Origin: Candidatus Delongbacteria bacterium
GTDB taxonomy: Bacteria; UBA4055
DNA length: 50,415 nucleotides
Reading direction: 5' to 3'
Assembly: GCA_007124045.1 (NCBI GenBank)
Contig: SLFX01000034.1
Location: 1 to 50,415 of the forward strand
Under the pieces are notes generated by a model. The model made no database searches. It had not been told where the DNA came from and was given only the letters and a program-made list of their open reading frames with translations. How positions within the stretch are numbered: position 1 is the first letter of the stretch; every line of letters begins with the position of its first letter. A program made the position numbers and the translations under genes. Below are positions 7,787-16,790 of this stretch, in pieces.

Positions 7787-9519
7787 AAGAATTCGACTTT
7801 CTCTCTTCGGTGGGCGATAACAGGAAAAACGATTCTCCTCCTGTAAAACTTGTAGGAACCGGAGAACCGGGAGGAAAAGCTAAGGGGCTTCTGAATGCTT
7901 TTGATCTCGTCACAGAACTTAACAAAAAAGGTGATTTTCCTTCTGTGACTGTTGAAATACCCGGTTTTATTGTGGTTCAGACAGGCGTTTTTGATCTTTT
8001 TATGAGAATGAATAATTTGTACGAAACTGCTTACAGCGACGAAGATGATGACAGGATAGCATATAAATTCCAAAAAGCTGATCTGCCCTTTGAAATACTT
8101 AAAGATTTAAGGGAAATGATCATAAACATAAATTCTCCGGTCGCAGTAAGATCATCGGGGCTTTTGGAAGATGCAAAATATGAACCGTTCGCAGGCATAT
8201 ACGCCACAAAAATGCTTCCTAACAACCAAACTGACCCTGATGAAAGATGCAGGAAACTTTTTGAAGCTGTAAAACTCGTCTATGCCTCCACATTTTTTAA
8301 AGCACCCAAAAATTATATGAAATCTACAGGATATCAGATCCGGGATGAAAAAATGGCGGTTATCGTTCAGGAAGTACTCGGAAAAAAACACGGTGAAAGT
8401 TTTTATCCTGACATTTCGGGTGTCGCAAAATCGTTCAACTTTTACCCTATGGGTAGATCAAAGCCTAAAGACGGAGTCGTAAGTCTTGCTGTGGGATTAG
8501 GTAAAACCATAGTTGACGGCGGAGTAACTTGGACTTATTCGCCCCAGGATCCAGAACAGTCTCCCCCGTTCGGATCCGTTGACGATATGCTGAAAAACAC
8601 TCAGACAAGGTTTTGGAATATAAAACTGTCCGAACCTGAAGAATTCGATCCTCTGTGCGAAACAGAATTTATGACAGAGTCGGAAATATCTGAAGCCGAT
8701 AAGGATAAATCGCTCAGTATAAGCGCTTCCACGCTTAATGAATCAGGAAGAGTTTCTCCAGGAACAGGTTCCGACGGCCCCAGAATAATCAATTTTGCAC
8801 CGGTTTTAAAGCTTGAACTCCTTCCTCTGAACGATCTTGTAAAAGAGATTCTAAATTTATGCTCAAGAAAATTTGATACCCCTGTCGAGATCGAGTTCGC
8901 TCTGACCTGTGAAGGTGAAGGATATGATGTTTCCGCAAGGTTCGGTTTCCTTCAGGTGAGGCCTATGGTTGTTTCCGACGCGGATATTACTGTTACAGAT
9001 AATGAGTACGATGATGAAAATAATCTTATATCTTCCGAATTCGTTCTGGGAAACGGAAGTTTTTCGGACATAAAAGACATAATTTATGTAAAACCTGATA
9101 CATTTGAGGCCAGGAACACGCAAAAGATCGCTCTTGAAATTGCAAAGTATAATGAAAAACTTACTATCGAAAAAAGAAAATTCCTTCTCATAGGATTCGG
9201 CAGATGGGGAAGCTCGGACAGTTGGCTGGGTATTCCTGTCAACTGGGGGCAGATCTCGAATGTCCACACTATTGTCGAGGCCGGACTTCCCAACATGAAT
9301 GTCGAGCTGAGTCAGGGTTCGCATTTTTTCCATAACATGACAAGTTTCGGGGTAAATTATTTCTCCGTTCCCGCATATTACGAAAAAATGATCAGTTGGG
9401 ATATATTAAAAGATCAGAAAGTATCATCAGAATCAGAGAATGTTATTCATATAAGTTTAAATAAACCTATGCTCGTCAAAATTGACGGAAAAACCGGAAG
9501 AGGGTATATAAAGCTTTAA
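7783..9519 (+). CDS. Orphan PPDK_N-type ATP-grasp protein, minimal core paralog (ATP-grasp plus conserved C-terminal G[ST]HFF module; no PEP/pyruvate TIM barrel)
   Basis: Motifs: GGKAKGL, PVAVRSSGLLEDAKYEPFAGIYAT, MAVIVQEV, VGLGKTIVDG, PVEIEFA...FLQVRP. These are followed by LLIGFGRWGSSDSWLGIPV and SQGSHFFHN. ATG 7783 overlaps the GDH-like stop (ATGA) and AAGAGG lies 6 nt upstream. The track start is TTG 7777. Confidence 0.85.
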   Translation: MKEFDFLSSVGDNRKNDSPPVKLVGTGEPGGKAKGLLNAFDLVTELNKKGDFPSVTVEIPGFIVVQTGVFDLFMRMNNLYETAYSDEDDDRIAYKFQKADLPFEILKDLREMIININSPVAVRSSGLLEDAKYEPFAGIYATKMLPNNQTDPDERCRKLFEAVKLVYASTFFKAPKNYMKSTGYQIRDEKMAVIVQEVLGKKHGESFYPDISGVAKSFNFYPMGRSKPKDGVVSLAVGLGKTIVDGGVTWTYSPQDPEQSPPFGSVDDMLKNTQTRFWNIKLSEPEEFDPLCETEFMTESEISEADKDKSLSISASTLNESGRVSPGTGSDGPRIINFAPVLKLELLPLNDLVKEILNLCSRKFDTPVEIEFALTCEGEGYDVSARFGFLQVRPMVVSDADITVTDNEYDDENNLISSEFVLGNGSFSDIKDIIYVKPDTFEARNTQKIALEIAKYNEKLTIEKRKFLLIGFGRWGSSDSWLGIPVNWGQISNVHTIVEAGLPNMNVELSQGSHFFHNMTSFGVNYFSVPAYYEKMISWDILKDQKVSSESENVIHISLNKPMLVKIDGKTGRGYIKL

Positions 9520-9539
9520 TTTTAAGAAGAAATTTTTAA

Positions 9540-12500
9540 ATGAAGAAAAAAGATTCGGTCGATAAGATCATAAGGGATCTCAGAGAAAGGGCTAAGGAGA
9601 TAAAATGTCTTTATCAGGTCCAGGAGGTTTTGAGCGATCAGACCTTAAAATCAGATGAGCTCTGCAAAAAAATAGTAAAACTTATACCTCCGGGTTTTCA
9701 GTATCCCGATGTTTGTGCATCAAAAATAGTTCTGGGAAACAAAAAATACACCGATAAAAAATTCGATGAAACCGAATGGGAACTCGGGGCGGATATTGAA
9801 ATCAGAGGCGAAAAATCAGGACGGATATGCGTTTTTTATACGGAAGAAAGGCCTTTGGAGGATATTGGTCCCTTTCTTAAAGAGGAAAGAAAACTTCTTA
9901 ACTCAATTGCTGACCAGATGTCAATGCAGCTTCTTCACAACCAGCTTAAAACTGTGTTTGAGGAAGGAAAACTCCAGAGCACGGAAAAGAAAAGTGAATG
10001 GTGGATCATACTCGATCTGCTAAAAAGAACAGATCCGAGACTCTTGGTTAATATTGCGCAGAAAATGCTTAATTATCTCTGTCTGAACGCCGTATCGGAA
10101 GCAGAAAGCTTTATTGAAGAGTTCAATCCTTCCTTTAAAAAAAAGACAGAGCTTTTTAAGGATAACAATTTCCCGATGTCCGTTATAGAAACAAGCGACA
10201 TTTTTAACAAGAGCAACCATGTTTTTGATATCGCTTCCAGAAATCTCAGCGAAAACGAAATTTTGGATATAATTCAAAAATGGATCAAAGAAGACAGATC
10301 GAACTTCATGGTCAACATCCTGGAAAATACAGGATCGTCACTGCCTGACATCTCCAACGCCATCGAAAGATATCACCATTTATCCAGCCAGGGACTAGAA
10401 TTATCGGTACCTAGAGCCAAGAGTTTCAGGGTCGCTCTGACAAGGCGGGTTCTTACAGACCAGCCCGGATTCGTTAAGATCGCAAAAGAAAATGTGAAGG
10501 TTGACGATTTCAACGGTCTGATGAAAGTTATCATTCATCCTGCACGCAGCCACGGTAAGGTTGGAGGAAAAAGCAGCGGTCTTTTTCTTGCCGAAAAAAT
10601 TCTGAAAAATTCCGGACCGGACAGTAAATCTCTAAAAAATATTAAATTCCCCAAATCATGGTACATTACATCAGACGGTCTTTTAGAATTCATAAAGTAC
10701 AACAGCCTTGAAGATATAGTTGAACAGAAATATAAGGACATCGGTCAGGTACGCCAGGAATACCCTTATGTTGTTCAAGTATTTAAAAATTCAACATTCC
10801 CACCAGATATCGTAAAAGGTCTTACTCTGGCACTGGATGATCTTGGAGACAGACCTCTTATCGTCAGAAGTTCAAGTCTTTTGGAGGACAGATTCGGCAC
10901 AAGTTTCGCCGGAAAATATAAAAGTCTTTTCATTGCTAACATTGGAAGCCGTGAGGAAAGGCTTGAAAGCCTTACAGGCGCGATCGCCGAGATCTATGCT
11001 TCGACATTCGGACCCGAACCGATAGAATACCGAAATGAGCACGGCCTGATAGATTACCTTGAAGAGATGGGAATAATCATTCAGCAAGTCGTGGGAAACA
11101 GGATCGGAGATTATTTTCTGCCGTCTTTTGCAGGTGTGGCCTTTGGAAACAATGAATACAAATGGTCTCCCAGACTGGATAAAGAAGACGGGCTTATAAG
11201 GGTTGTTCCGGGGCTAGGTACCAGAGCGGTCGATCGGATCTCTGACGACTATCCTGTTCTTATATCGCCGGGAAAACCGGATTTAAGTGTTAATGCAAGC
11301 ATTGAAGAAAAAATCAAATATTCACCAAAAAAAGTGGATCTTATAAATCTGAAGTCAGGCAAATTTGATACAGTGGATCTTTCGGACCTTCTCTTTGATC
11401 ACGGCAATAACTTTCCCTGGATAGAGAACATGGTCTCTGTAGTTGAAGAAAAGTATCTGAGACCGCCAAAAAAAATCGGACATGACTATAAAAACAATTA
11501 TCATCTTGCAACATTTGAGGGTCTGAAATCAGGATCAGTATTTCTCTCACAGATAAAATTGCTCCTCGGAATATTCAGGGAAAAGTATAGCGGACCAGTA
11601 GATATTGAATTCGCTTCTGACGGTAAAGATCTGTATCTTCTCCAATGCCGTCCGCAAAGTTTTTCAAAGGACAGCCGTCCCGCCGTAATACCTGAAGACA
11701 GTTTTGAGAATGATATTCTTTTTTCCGCAGAAAAACATGTTCCTAACGGAACTGTTCAGGATATAACTCATATAGTCTATGTTGATCCTGATAAATACCC
11801 GTCTCTTTCCACTTTCGAAGAACTTTATGAAACGGGCAGAATTATCAGCAAACTCAATAAAATACTTCCCAAAAGACAATTTATCCTGATAGGTCCGGGA
11901 AGATGGGGCAGCAGAGGAGACATAAAACTCGGAGTCAGTGTTACATATTCTGACATTAACAACACCGCAATGCTGATAGAGATTGCAAAAAAACGAAAAG
12001 AATTCATTCCCGATCTCTCTTTCGGCACACATTTTTTTCAGGATCTTGTAGAGGCTGATATAAAATATTTGCCGCTGTATCCTGATTCAGATACAATATT
12101 GAATGAGAAGTTTCTAAAAAACTCTAAGAACATACTTCCGTCTCTTGTACCAGATCTGTCTGCCGAGCTTCAAAATACCGTAAGAGTTATAGACATTCCT
12201 TCTGAATCAGAAGGGAAAGAGCTTCATGTATATATGAATTCTGAAATCCAGAAAGCAGTGGGTATAATATCGGAATCTTCAACAATATCTTCTTTTGACC
12301 CTGAAGAAACAGAAAACAGAAAAGTTCTTAACAGTGATTTCCACTGGAAGTGGAGATTATCTTATGTGAAAGAAATTGCTTCTTCGATTGACGGAGAAAA
12401 GTTCGGGGTAAAAGCGTTCTATATTTTCGGGAGTGTAAAAAACGCTACCGCAGGACCCGCGAGCGACATAGATATACTTATACATTTTTGCGGAAACACC

Positions 12501-12713
12501 AGTCAGAAGAATGATCTTGAAATGTGGCTGAACGGTTGGGACAGATCTCTCGTCATGATAAATTATTTAAGTACCGGAAATAAGACCGATAATATTCTGG
12601 ATATTCACTACATTACAGATAAAGATATAAAGAATCGAACTTCTTACGCTGTTAAGATCGGTGCTCACACTGACCCGGCAAGACCGTTGGAGATAAAAAG
12701 ACCTGCTAAATAA
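9540..12713 (+). CDS. Multidomain paralog: sensor-like N-terminus, PPDK_N ATP-grasp, G[ST]HFF module and a C-terminal Pol-beta-type nucleotidyltransferase
   Basis: 1057 aa. Motifs: GGKSSGL, PLIVRSSSLLEDRFGTSFAGKYKS, MGIIIQQV, PVDIEFA...LLQCRP, ILIGPGRWGSRGD and SFGTHFFQD (His codon 12030-12032). The C-terminal YIFGSVKNATAGPASDIDILIH matches the hG[GS]-x(9-13)-DhD nucleotidyltransferase signature (DID at 12465-12473). Confidence 0.85.
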   Translation: MKKKDSVDKIIRDLRERAKEIKCLYQVQEVLSDQTLKSDELCKKIVKLIPPGFQYPDVCASKIVLGNKKYTDKKFDETEWELGADIEIRGEKSGRICVFYTEERPLEDIGPFLKEERKLLNSIADQMSMQLLHNQLKTVFEEGKLQSTEKKSEWWIILDLLKRTDPRLLVNIAQKMLNYLCLNAVSEAESFIEEFNPSFKKKTELFKDNNFPMSVIETSDIFNKSNHVFDIASRNLSENEILDIIQKWIKEDRSNFMVNILENTGSSLPDISNAIERYHHLSSQGLELSVPRAKSFRVALTRRVLTDQPGFVKIAKENVKVDDFNGLMKVIIHPARSHGKVGGKSSGLFLAEKILKNSGPDSKSLKNIKFPKSWYITSDGLLEFIKYNSLEDIVEQKYKDIGQVRQEYPYVVQVFKNSTFPPDIVKGLTLALDDLGDRPLIVRSSSLLEDRFGTSFAGKYKSLFIANIGSREERLESLTGAIAEIYASTFGPEPIEYRNEHGLIDYLEEMGIIIQQVVGNRIGDYFLPSFAGVAFGNNEYKWSPRLDKEDGLIRVVPGLGTRAVDRISDDYPVLISPGKPDLSVNASIEEKIKYSPKKVDLINLKSGKFDTVDLSDLLFDHGNNFPWIENMVSVVEEKYLRPPKKIGHDYKNNYHLATFEGLKSGSVFLSQIKLLLGIFREKYSGPVDIEFASDGKDLYLLQCRPQSFSKDSRPAVIPEDSFENDILFSAEKHVPNGTVQDITHIVYVDPDKYPSLSTFEELYETGRIISKLNKILPKRQFILIGPGRWGSRGDIKLGVSVTYSDINNTAMLIEIAKKRKEFIPDLSFGTHFFQDLVEADIKYLPLYPDSDTILNEKFLKNSKNILPSLVPDLSAELQNTVRVIDIPSESEGKELHVYMNSEIQKAVGIISESSTISSFDPEETENRKVLNSDFHWKWRLSYVKEIASSIDGEKFGVKAFYIFGSVKNATAGPASDIDILIHFCGNTSQKNDLEMWLNGWDRSLVMINYLSTGNKTDNILDIHYITDKDIKNRTSYAVKIGAHTDPARPLEIKRPAK

Positions 12714-13554
12714 GATATCTTTCAGCGGTGGTCGGATCGTCAATATCAAATACAACCGCTGCAAGCTCTTTGCCGTCATGGGCGGCTGAAAACATTTCTG
12801 TTCTGCCGATACGGTCTCTCCACGAACCCGTTATGCGTGCCGATTCGTGAATGTGACCGTGTAGGGTAAGAAACGGCTGCTTTTCTTCTATGAATTCTCT
12901 CACCGCAATACTGCCGACATGAACATCAAGCGGAGCAGAATCATAAAATTTTCCGTCAAGCGCCGCCCTGTCCAAAGCCGTTTTATAAGGGGGTGTATGA
13001 AAAAGCATAATATGATCCGAAACATCTTCCTCCGAAAACATTTTCTCCAGATCTTTTTTTATTGTGGTATTTCTTGCAACCTCCGGCTCCTGATCGTATG
13101 TCCTTATTCCCTCCTCAGGAGAAATGCATCCGGGATCTACATATCTTGAAACATCATATTTTTCCCAGTCTTTCAGAAGGAAAGGGGTAGGCGGTATGTA
13201 TGAATATCCGAAGACTGTTCTTCCTTTAAAAACGATCTTTTTATTATGAGAATAGCTCCAGAGTCCTTTTTTCTCCGCCATAATAATCTTATTTTCATCT
13301 CTTTTACTGTCATCGTTACCAAGAATAATAAATACAGCCGGATATTTTTCCCGCATTGATCTTTTTAAAACCAGAAAATTTGATATTACAGTTTCTTCAA
13401 TAAAATCGACAGGTGATTCCCCTCTAAAACCCGAAGGCAGAATATCCCCGCCTATAAAAACCGCGTCAGGTTTTTCCAAAAAAATAAATTCGAGCAGTTT
13501 TTTATATCTGTGTGTGCTTCCGTGCAGATCTGATACGAACAGAGATTTTAGCAT
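12706..13554 (-). CDS. Calcineurin-like metallophosphoesterase
   Basis: 282 aa. Ordered motifs: SDLHG, GGDILP, LGNDD, LFHTPP and HGHIHES. Its 3' end overlaps the convergent 1057-aa gene by 8 nt. Confidence 0.85.
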   Translation of the reverse strand: MLKSLFVSDLHGSTHRYKKLLEFIFLEKPDAVFIGGDILPSGFRGESPVDFIEETVISNFLVLKRSMREKYPAVFIILGNDDSKRDENKIIMAEKKGLWSYSHNKKIVFKGRTVFGYSYIPPTPFLLKDWEKYDVSRYVDPGCISPEEGIRTYDQEPEVARNTTIKKDLEKMFSEEDVSDHIMLFHTPPYKTALDRAALDGKFYDSAPLDVHVGSIAVREFIEEKQPFLTLHGHIHESARITGSWRDRIGRTEMFSAAHDGKELAAVVFDIDDPTTAERYLI

Positions 13555-13663
13555 GCTCCAAATATAAACAGAACTTATCGGTAATGCAAAATAATTGTAG
13601 AATTTTGTATCTTGATTTTTTTGTGCTTTTTTGTTAATTATAACCTAAAACCGGAGATTGTCC

Positions 13664-16630
13664 ATGCAAATTTCTGAACCGGACACTGACTTTAGAAGAT
13701 CTTTTCCCGAAGAACCATTCGAAAATCTTATGATGAAAAGAATATCAGAAGTTCTTTTGATCTGCAACGAATATGACGCATTTATGCTCGAAGAGGATGG
13801 TAGGATCGAGGAAAAAGTATTCAAAGAATACTCCTCTCTGCACCTGAGGTTTTCACCGCATTTCAACAGAGCATCATCTCTTAAGGATGCTCTCGAACTG
13901 ATGAAGAAAAAGAATTTTGATCTTATTATAACCCTCCATAACTCAGGTTCGCTTGATGCTTTCGGTACAAATTTAAAAATTAAAAGAGCATATCCCGATA
14001 AGACGACCGTTGTTCTGACCCCTTTCTCGAGAAATATCATGACCCTGAAAGATATTGAGAAAATAAATCCATCATCGGACTATGTTTTCTCATGGCTGGG
14101 CGATACGAGCATACTTGTAGCTATCATTAAGCTGATCGAAGATAAAATGAATGTTGATGATGATATTTCATCAGCCGGTGTACAGGTTATACTTTTAATT
14201 GAAGATTCGATCAGGTACTATTCAAGCTACCTTCCCGTACTTTACCAAACCATATTCGATCAGACTCTGCATGTAATGAACGAAAATCTGAACGATCATC
14301 AGAAAAACTTAAGAATGAGAGGAAGGCCGAAAATACTGCATGTAACAAATTACGAAGAAGCGGTAAGGCTTTACAAAAAATACAGAACCAATATTCTCGG
14401 AATCATATCAGATGTAGAATTCCCTAAAGGCAAAACCATCAACAAACATGCCGGAATAGATCTTTGCAGAGAGATAAGGAAAGACAACCCTTACATACCG
14501 TTTTTAATACAGTCCTCGATAAACGACAACCAGATCAAAGCGGAGCGTAGCGGAGCGGCTTTTATAAATAAGCAGTCAGAAAATATTTTAAATGACATCT
14601 CTTCATTTGTCAGTGAGAATTTCGGTTTCGGAGAATTCAGTTTTAAAAATACTGCAAACGGAAAAATAATCAAAAAGGCTTCAAACCTGAAAGAGCTTCA
14701 AAAAGGTATTGAGACTGTCCCTTTAAAATCCCTTCTGATGCATGCGGAAAGAAATGATTTTTCCAAATGGCTTAGAGCAAGAACCCTTTTTAATCTGGCC
14801 TCTGTATTAAAACCAAAAAGAATAAATGATTTTTCAGAACCTGCTGAGGTAAGAAATTATATGTCCGGCGTTATCGAAAATTACAGAAGATCAAGCTCTA
14901 TCGGAACCATAGTAAACTTTTCAGGGACCGGATATGATGAGCTGTCGGGCTTTTCCAGGATCGGTAACGGCTCTATTGGTGGAAAGGCGAGAGGACTGGC
15001 ATTTATGAACAGGGTCCTAAAAACAAAACGCAAGAGCTATTTTTATTACAATATCGTCATCTCTATCCCCCAAACTGTAGTTCTTGCTACTGATATATTC
15101 ACGGAATTTATGGATAGCAACGGTCTCTACCCCGTAGCATTTTCAGATTCGGAAAACCATATTCTGCTCGATGAGTTTTTAAAAGCTTCTCTTCCTGAAT
15201 ATGTTATGGAGGAGTTAAAGGTTTTTCTTACAGGCAATAAAAAGCCTCTGGCCGTCAGATCATCCAGTTTGCTGGAAGACTCATACTATCAGCCTTTTGC
15301 AGGTATATATTCCACCTACATGATCTCAAACAACAGCAGGGATTTTGATAAAAGGCTTTCAGAACTTGTCCAGGCCGTAAAATGCGTTTATGCATCCACT
15401 TATTTTAAGGGAAGCAAAAAATATCTAAAAGCTACCAGAAATGTAATCGAAGAAGAAAAAATGGCCGTTGTGATCCAGAACATTTCCGGTTCGAGGCACG
15501 GTCATACATGGTATCCGACCTTTTCCGGTGTCGCAAGATCTGTAAACAACTATCCTGTAGGCTATGAGAAACATAATATCAGCATAGCTAATATCGCGGC
15601 AGGTCTCGGTAAAACCATTGTTGACGGGGAAGTGTCTTTAAGATTCTCACCTTCTTTTCCGAATAATATCATACAGATGACATCAGCGGATTATGCACTA
15701 AAATATACTCAGAAACATTTTTATGCACTCAGCCTCAAGACTTCCTCTTTCAAAGCTGTAGAAAACGACAGTGCCAACCTTATTAAAAGAGATATTCATG
15801 AAGGTGTAAAAGAAGGTGCTTTTAATGCTGTCGTTTCAACATACGATCATCAAAGCGGCATTATAAGAGATACTGACGACTTTCCAGGACCTAAAATAGT
15901 AAGTTTCGGAAATATCCTGAAGAGAGAGACTTTCCCCCTGAGCAGGATACTTCTTGACCTGCTTTCTAATCTGGAAAAAAGTATGAACAACCCGGTTGAA
16001 ATGGAGTTTGCTGTCAATATTGACCCGGAGGGGCTTAACCACTCTTTCGATCTCCTTCAGGCAAGACCTGTGTCTTCAAATTTCGAATCCTCAAATATTG
16101 ATATATCAGAACTTGACAACGATCAGGCAATAATCAAATCATTTTCATCACTCGGAAACGGTCTAATAAACAACATCAGAGACATTGTTTACATCGTACC
16201 TGAAAAATTCGATCCTGCGAAGACAAGAGATATCGCCTCAACGATAAAGACACTGAACAAAAAATTCATGGATAAGAACAGGAATTATATTCTCATAGGA
16301 CCGGGAAGATGGGGAACTTCAGATCCGTGGCTCGGAATACCCGTAAGGTGGGAAGATGTTTCACAGGCTTCGGTAATAATTGAGGCCGGGCAAAAAGATT
16401 TTGTTGTTCAGCAAAGTCAGGGTTCGCATTTCTTCCATAATATCACGACTTTTGGTGTTTTTTACTTTTCTATCAACCCGTTTTTGAAAGACGGTTTTTA
16501 TGACCTGGATTTTCTCGCACAATTTAAGCCTGTATTTGAGGATGATTTTATCCGTCATATATGCTTTAAAAAGCCCCTTACGGTCAAAACAGACGGCAGA
16601 TTTGGACACGGTATAGTCCTAAAACCATAA
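13664..16630 (+). CDS. Pseudo-receiver plus receiver plus PPDK_N ATP-grasp plus G[ST]HFF module protein (paralog C)
   Basis: The N-terminal domain has LLICNEYD/DLIITLHN (degenerate receiver). The second domain has ILLIEDS, ILGIISDVEFP (Asp codon 14411-14413), PFLIQSS and FINKQS. The core has GGKARGL, PLAVRSSSLLEDSYYQPFAGIYST, MAVVIQN, GLGKTIVDG, PVEMEFA, ILIGPGRWGTSDPWLGIPV and SQGSHFFHN. The start is set at ATG 13664 with GGAG at 13653-13656; the track start is TTG 13658. Confidence 0.85.
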   Translation: MQISEPDTDFRRSFPEEPFENLMMKRISEVLLICNEYDAFMLEEDGRIEEKVFKEYSSLHLRFSPHFNRASSLKDALELMKKKNFDLIITLHNSGSLDAFGTNLKIKRAYPDKTTVVLTPFSRNIMTLKDIEKINPSSDYVFSWLGDTSILVAIIKLIEDKMNVDDDISSAGVQVILLIEDSIRYYSSYLPVLYQTIFDQTLHVMNENLNDHQKNLRMRGRPKILHVTNYEEAVRLYKKYRTNILGIISDVEFPKGKTINKHAGIDLCREIRKDNPYIPFLIQSSINDNQIKAERSGAAFINKQSENILNDISSFVSENFGFGEFSFKNTANGKIIKKASNLKELQKGIETVPLKSLLMHAERNDFSKWLRARTLFNLASVLKPKRINDFSEPAEVRNYMSGVIENYRRSSSIGTIVNFSGTGYDELSGFSRIGNGSIGGKARGLAFMNRVLKTKRKSYFYYNIVISIPQTVVLATDIFTEFMDSNGLYPVAFSDSENHILLDEFLKASLPEYVMEELKVFLTGNKKPLAVRSSSLLEDSYYQPFAGIYSTYMISNNSRDFDKRLSELVQAVKCVYASTYFKGSKKYLKATRNVIEEEKMAVVIQNISGSRHGHTWYPTFSGVARSVNNYPVGYEKHNISIANIAAGLGKTIVDGEVSLRFSPSFPNNIIQMTSADYALKYTQKHFYALSLKTSSFKAVENDSANLIKRDIHEGVKEGAFNAVVSTYDHQSGIIRDTDDFPGPKIVSFGNILKRETFPLSRILLDLLSNLEKSMNNPVEMEFAVNIDPEGLNHSFDLLQARPVSSNFESSNIDISELDNDQAIIKSFSSLGNGLINNIRDIVYIVPEKFDPAKTRDIASTIKTLNKKFMDKNRNYILIGPGRWGTSDPWLGIPVRWEDVSQASVIIEAGQKDFVVQQSQGSHFFHNITTFGVFYFSINPFLKDGFYDLDFLAQFKPVFEDDFIRHICFKKPLTVKTDGRFGHGIVLKP

Positions 16631-16724
16631 ATTTTTAATTTTTTTCATCAAAAACTACCGTGATTTTTACATTTTTTGAGCAAAAACGGGGTTCTCAGAT
16701 AAAAAAAATAGTCGAAAAAATTTA

Positions 16725-16753
16725 TTGACATTAAATTGCGGTGTCTATATATT
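16725..16753 (+). promoter_or_regulatory. Near-consensus sigma70 promoter for gdhA
   Basis: TTGACA (16725-16730), a 17-nt spacer, then TATATT (16748-16753). A tandem TTGAATT TTGAATT (16752-16765) lies immediately at and after the -10 element. Confidence 0.6.
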
Positions 16754-16790
16754 GAATTTTGAATTGAAAAATGAAACAGACAAAAAAACA

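Noticed and set aside
9766-10277. Short internal ORFs (9766-10023 plus strand, 10020-10277 minus strand) within the 1057-aa gene, and many similar 60-110-aa ORFs across the track
   Set aside because: They are nested in or antisense to well-supported longer genes. They lack Shine-Dalgarno sequences and have skewed composition, so I treated them as noise.
9540-13554. Reading the nucleotidyltransferase plus metallophosphoesterase as an anti-phage defence or MNT-HEPN toxin-antitoxin module
   Set aside because: The nucleotidyltransferase is a C-terminal domain of a 1057-aa metabolic or signalling-type protein. I could recognise no HEPN partner, nuclease, cyclase-effector pair or mobile-element context. 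The neighbourhood is core metabolism. The idea remains formally possible but is unsupported.
16725-16790. The track start (TTG 16725) for gdhA, which gives a 485-aa protein
   Set aside because: The TTG is the first base of a near-consensus -35 hexamer (TTGACA). The extra 22 residues have no counterpart in GDHs. ATG 16791 gives a normal N-terminus.
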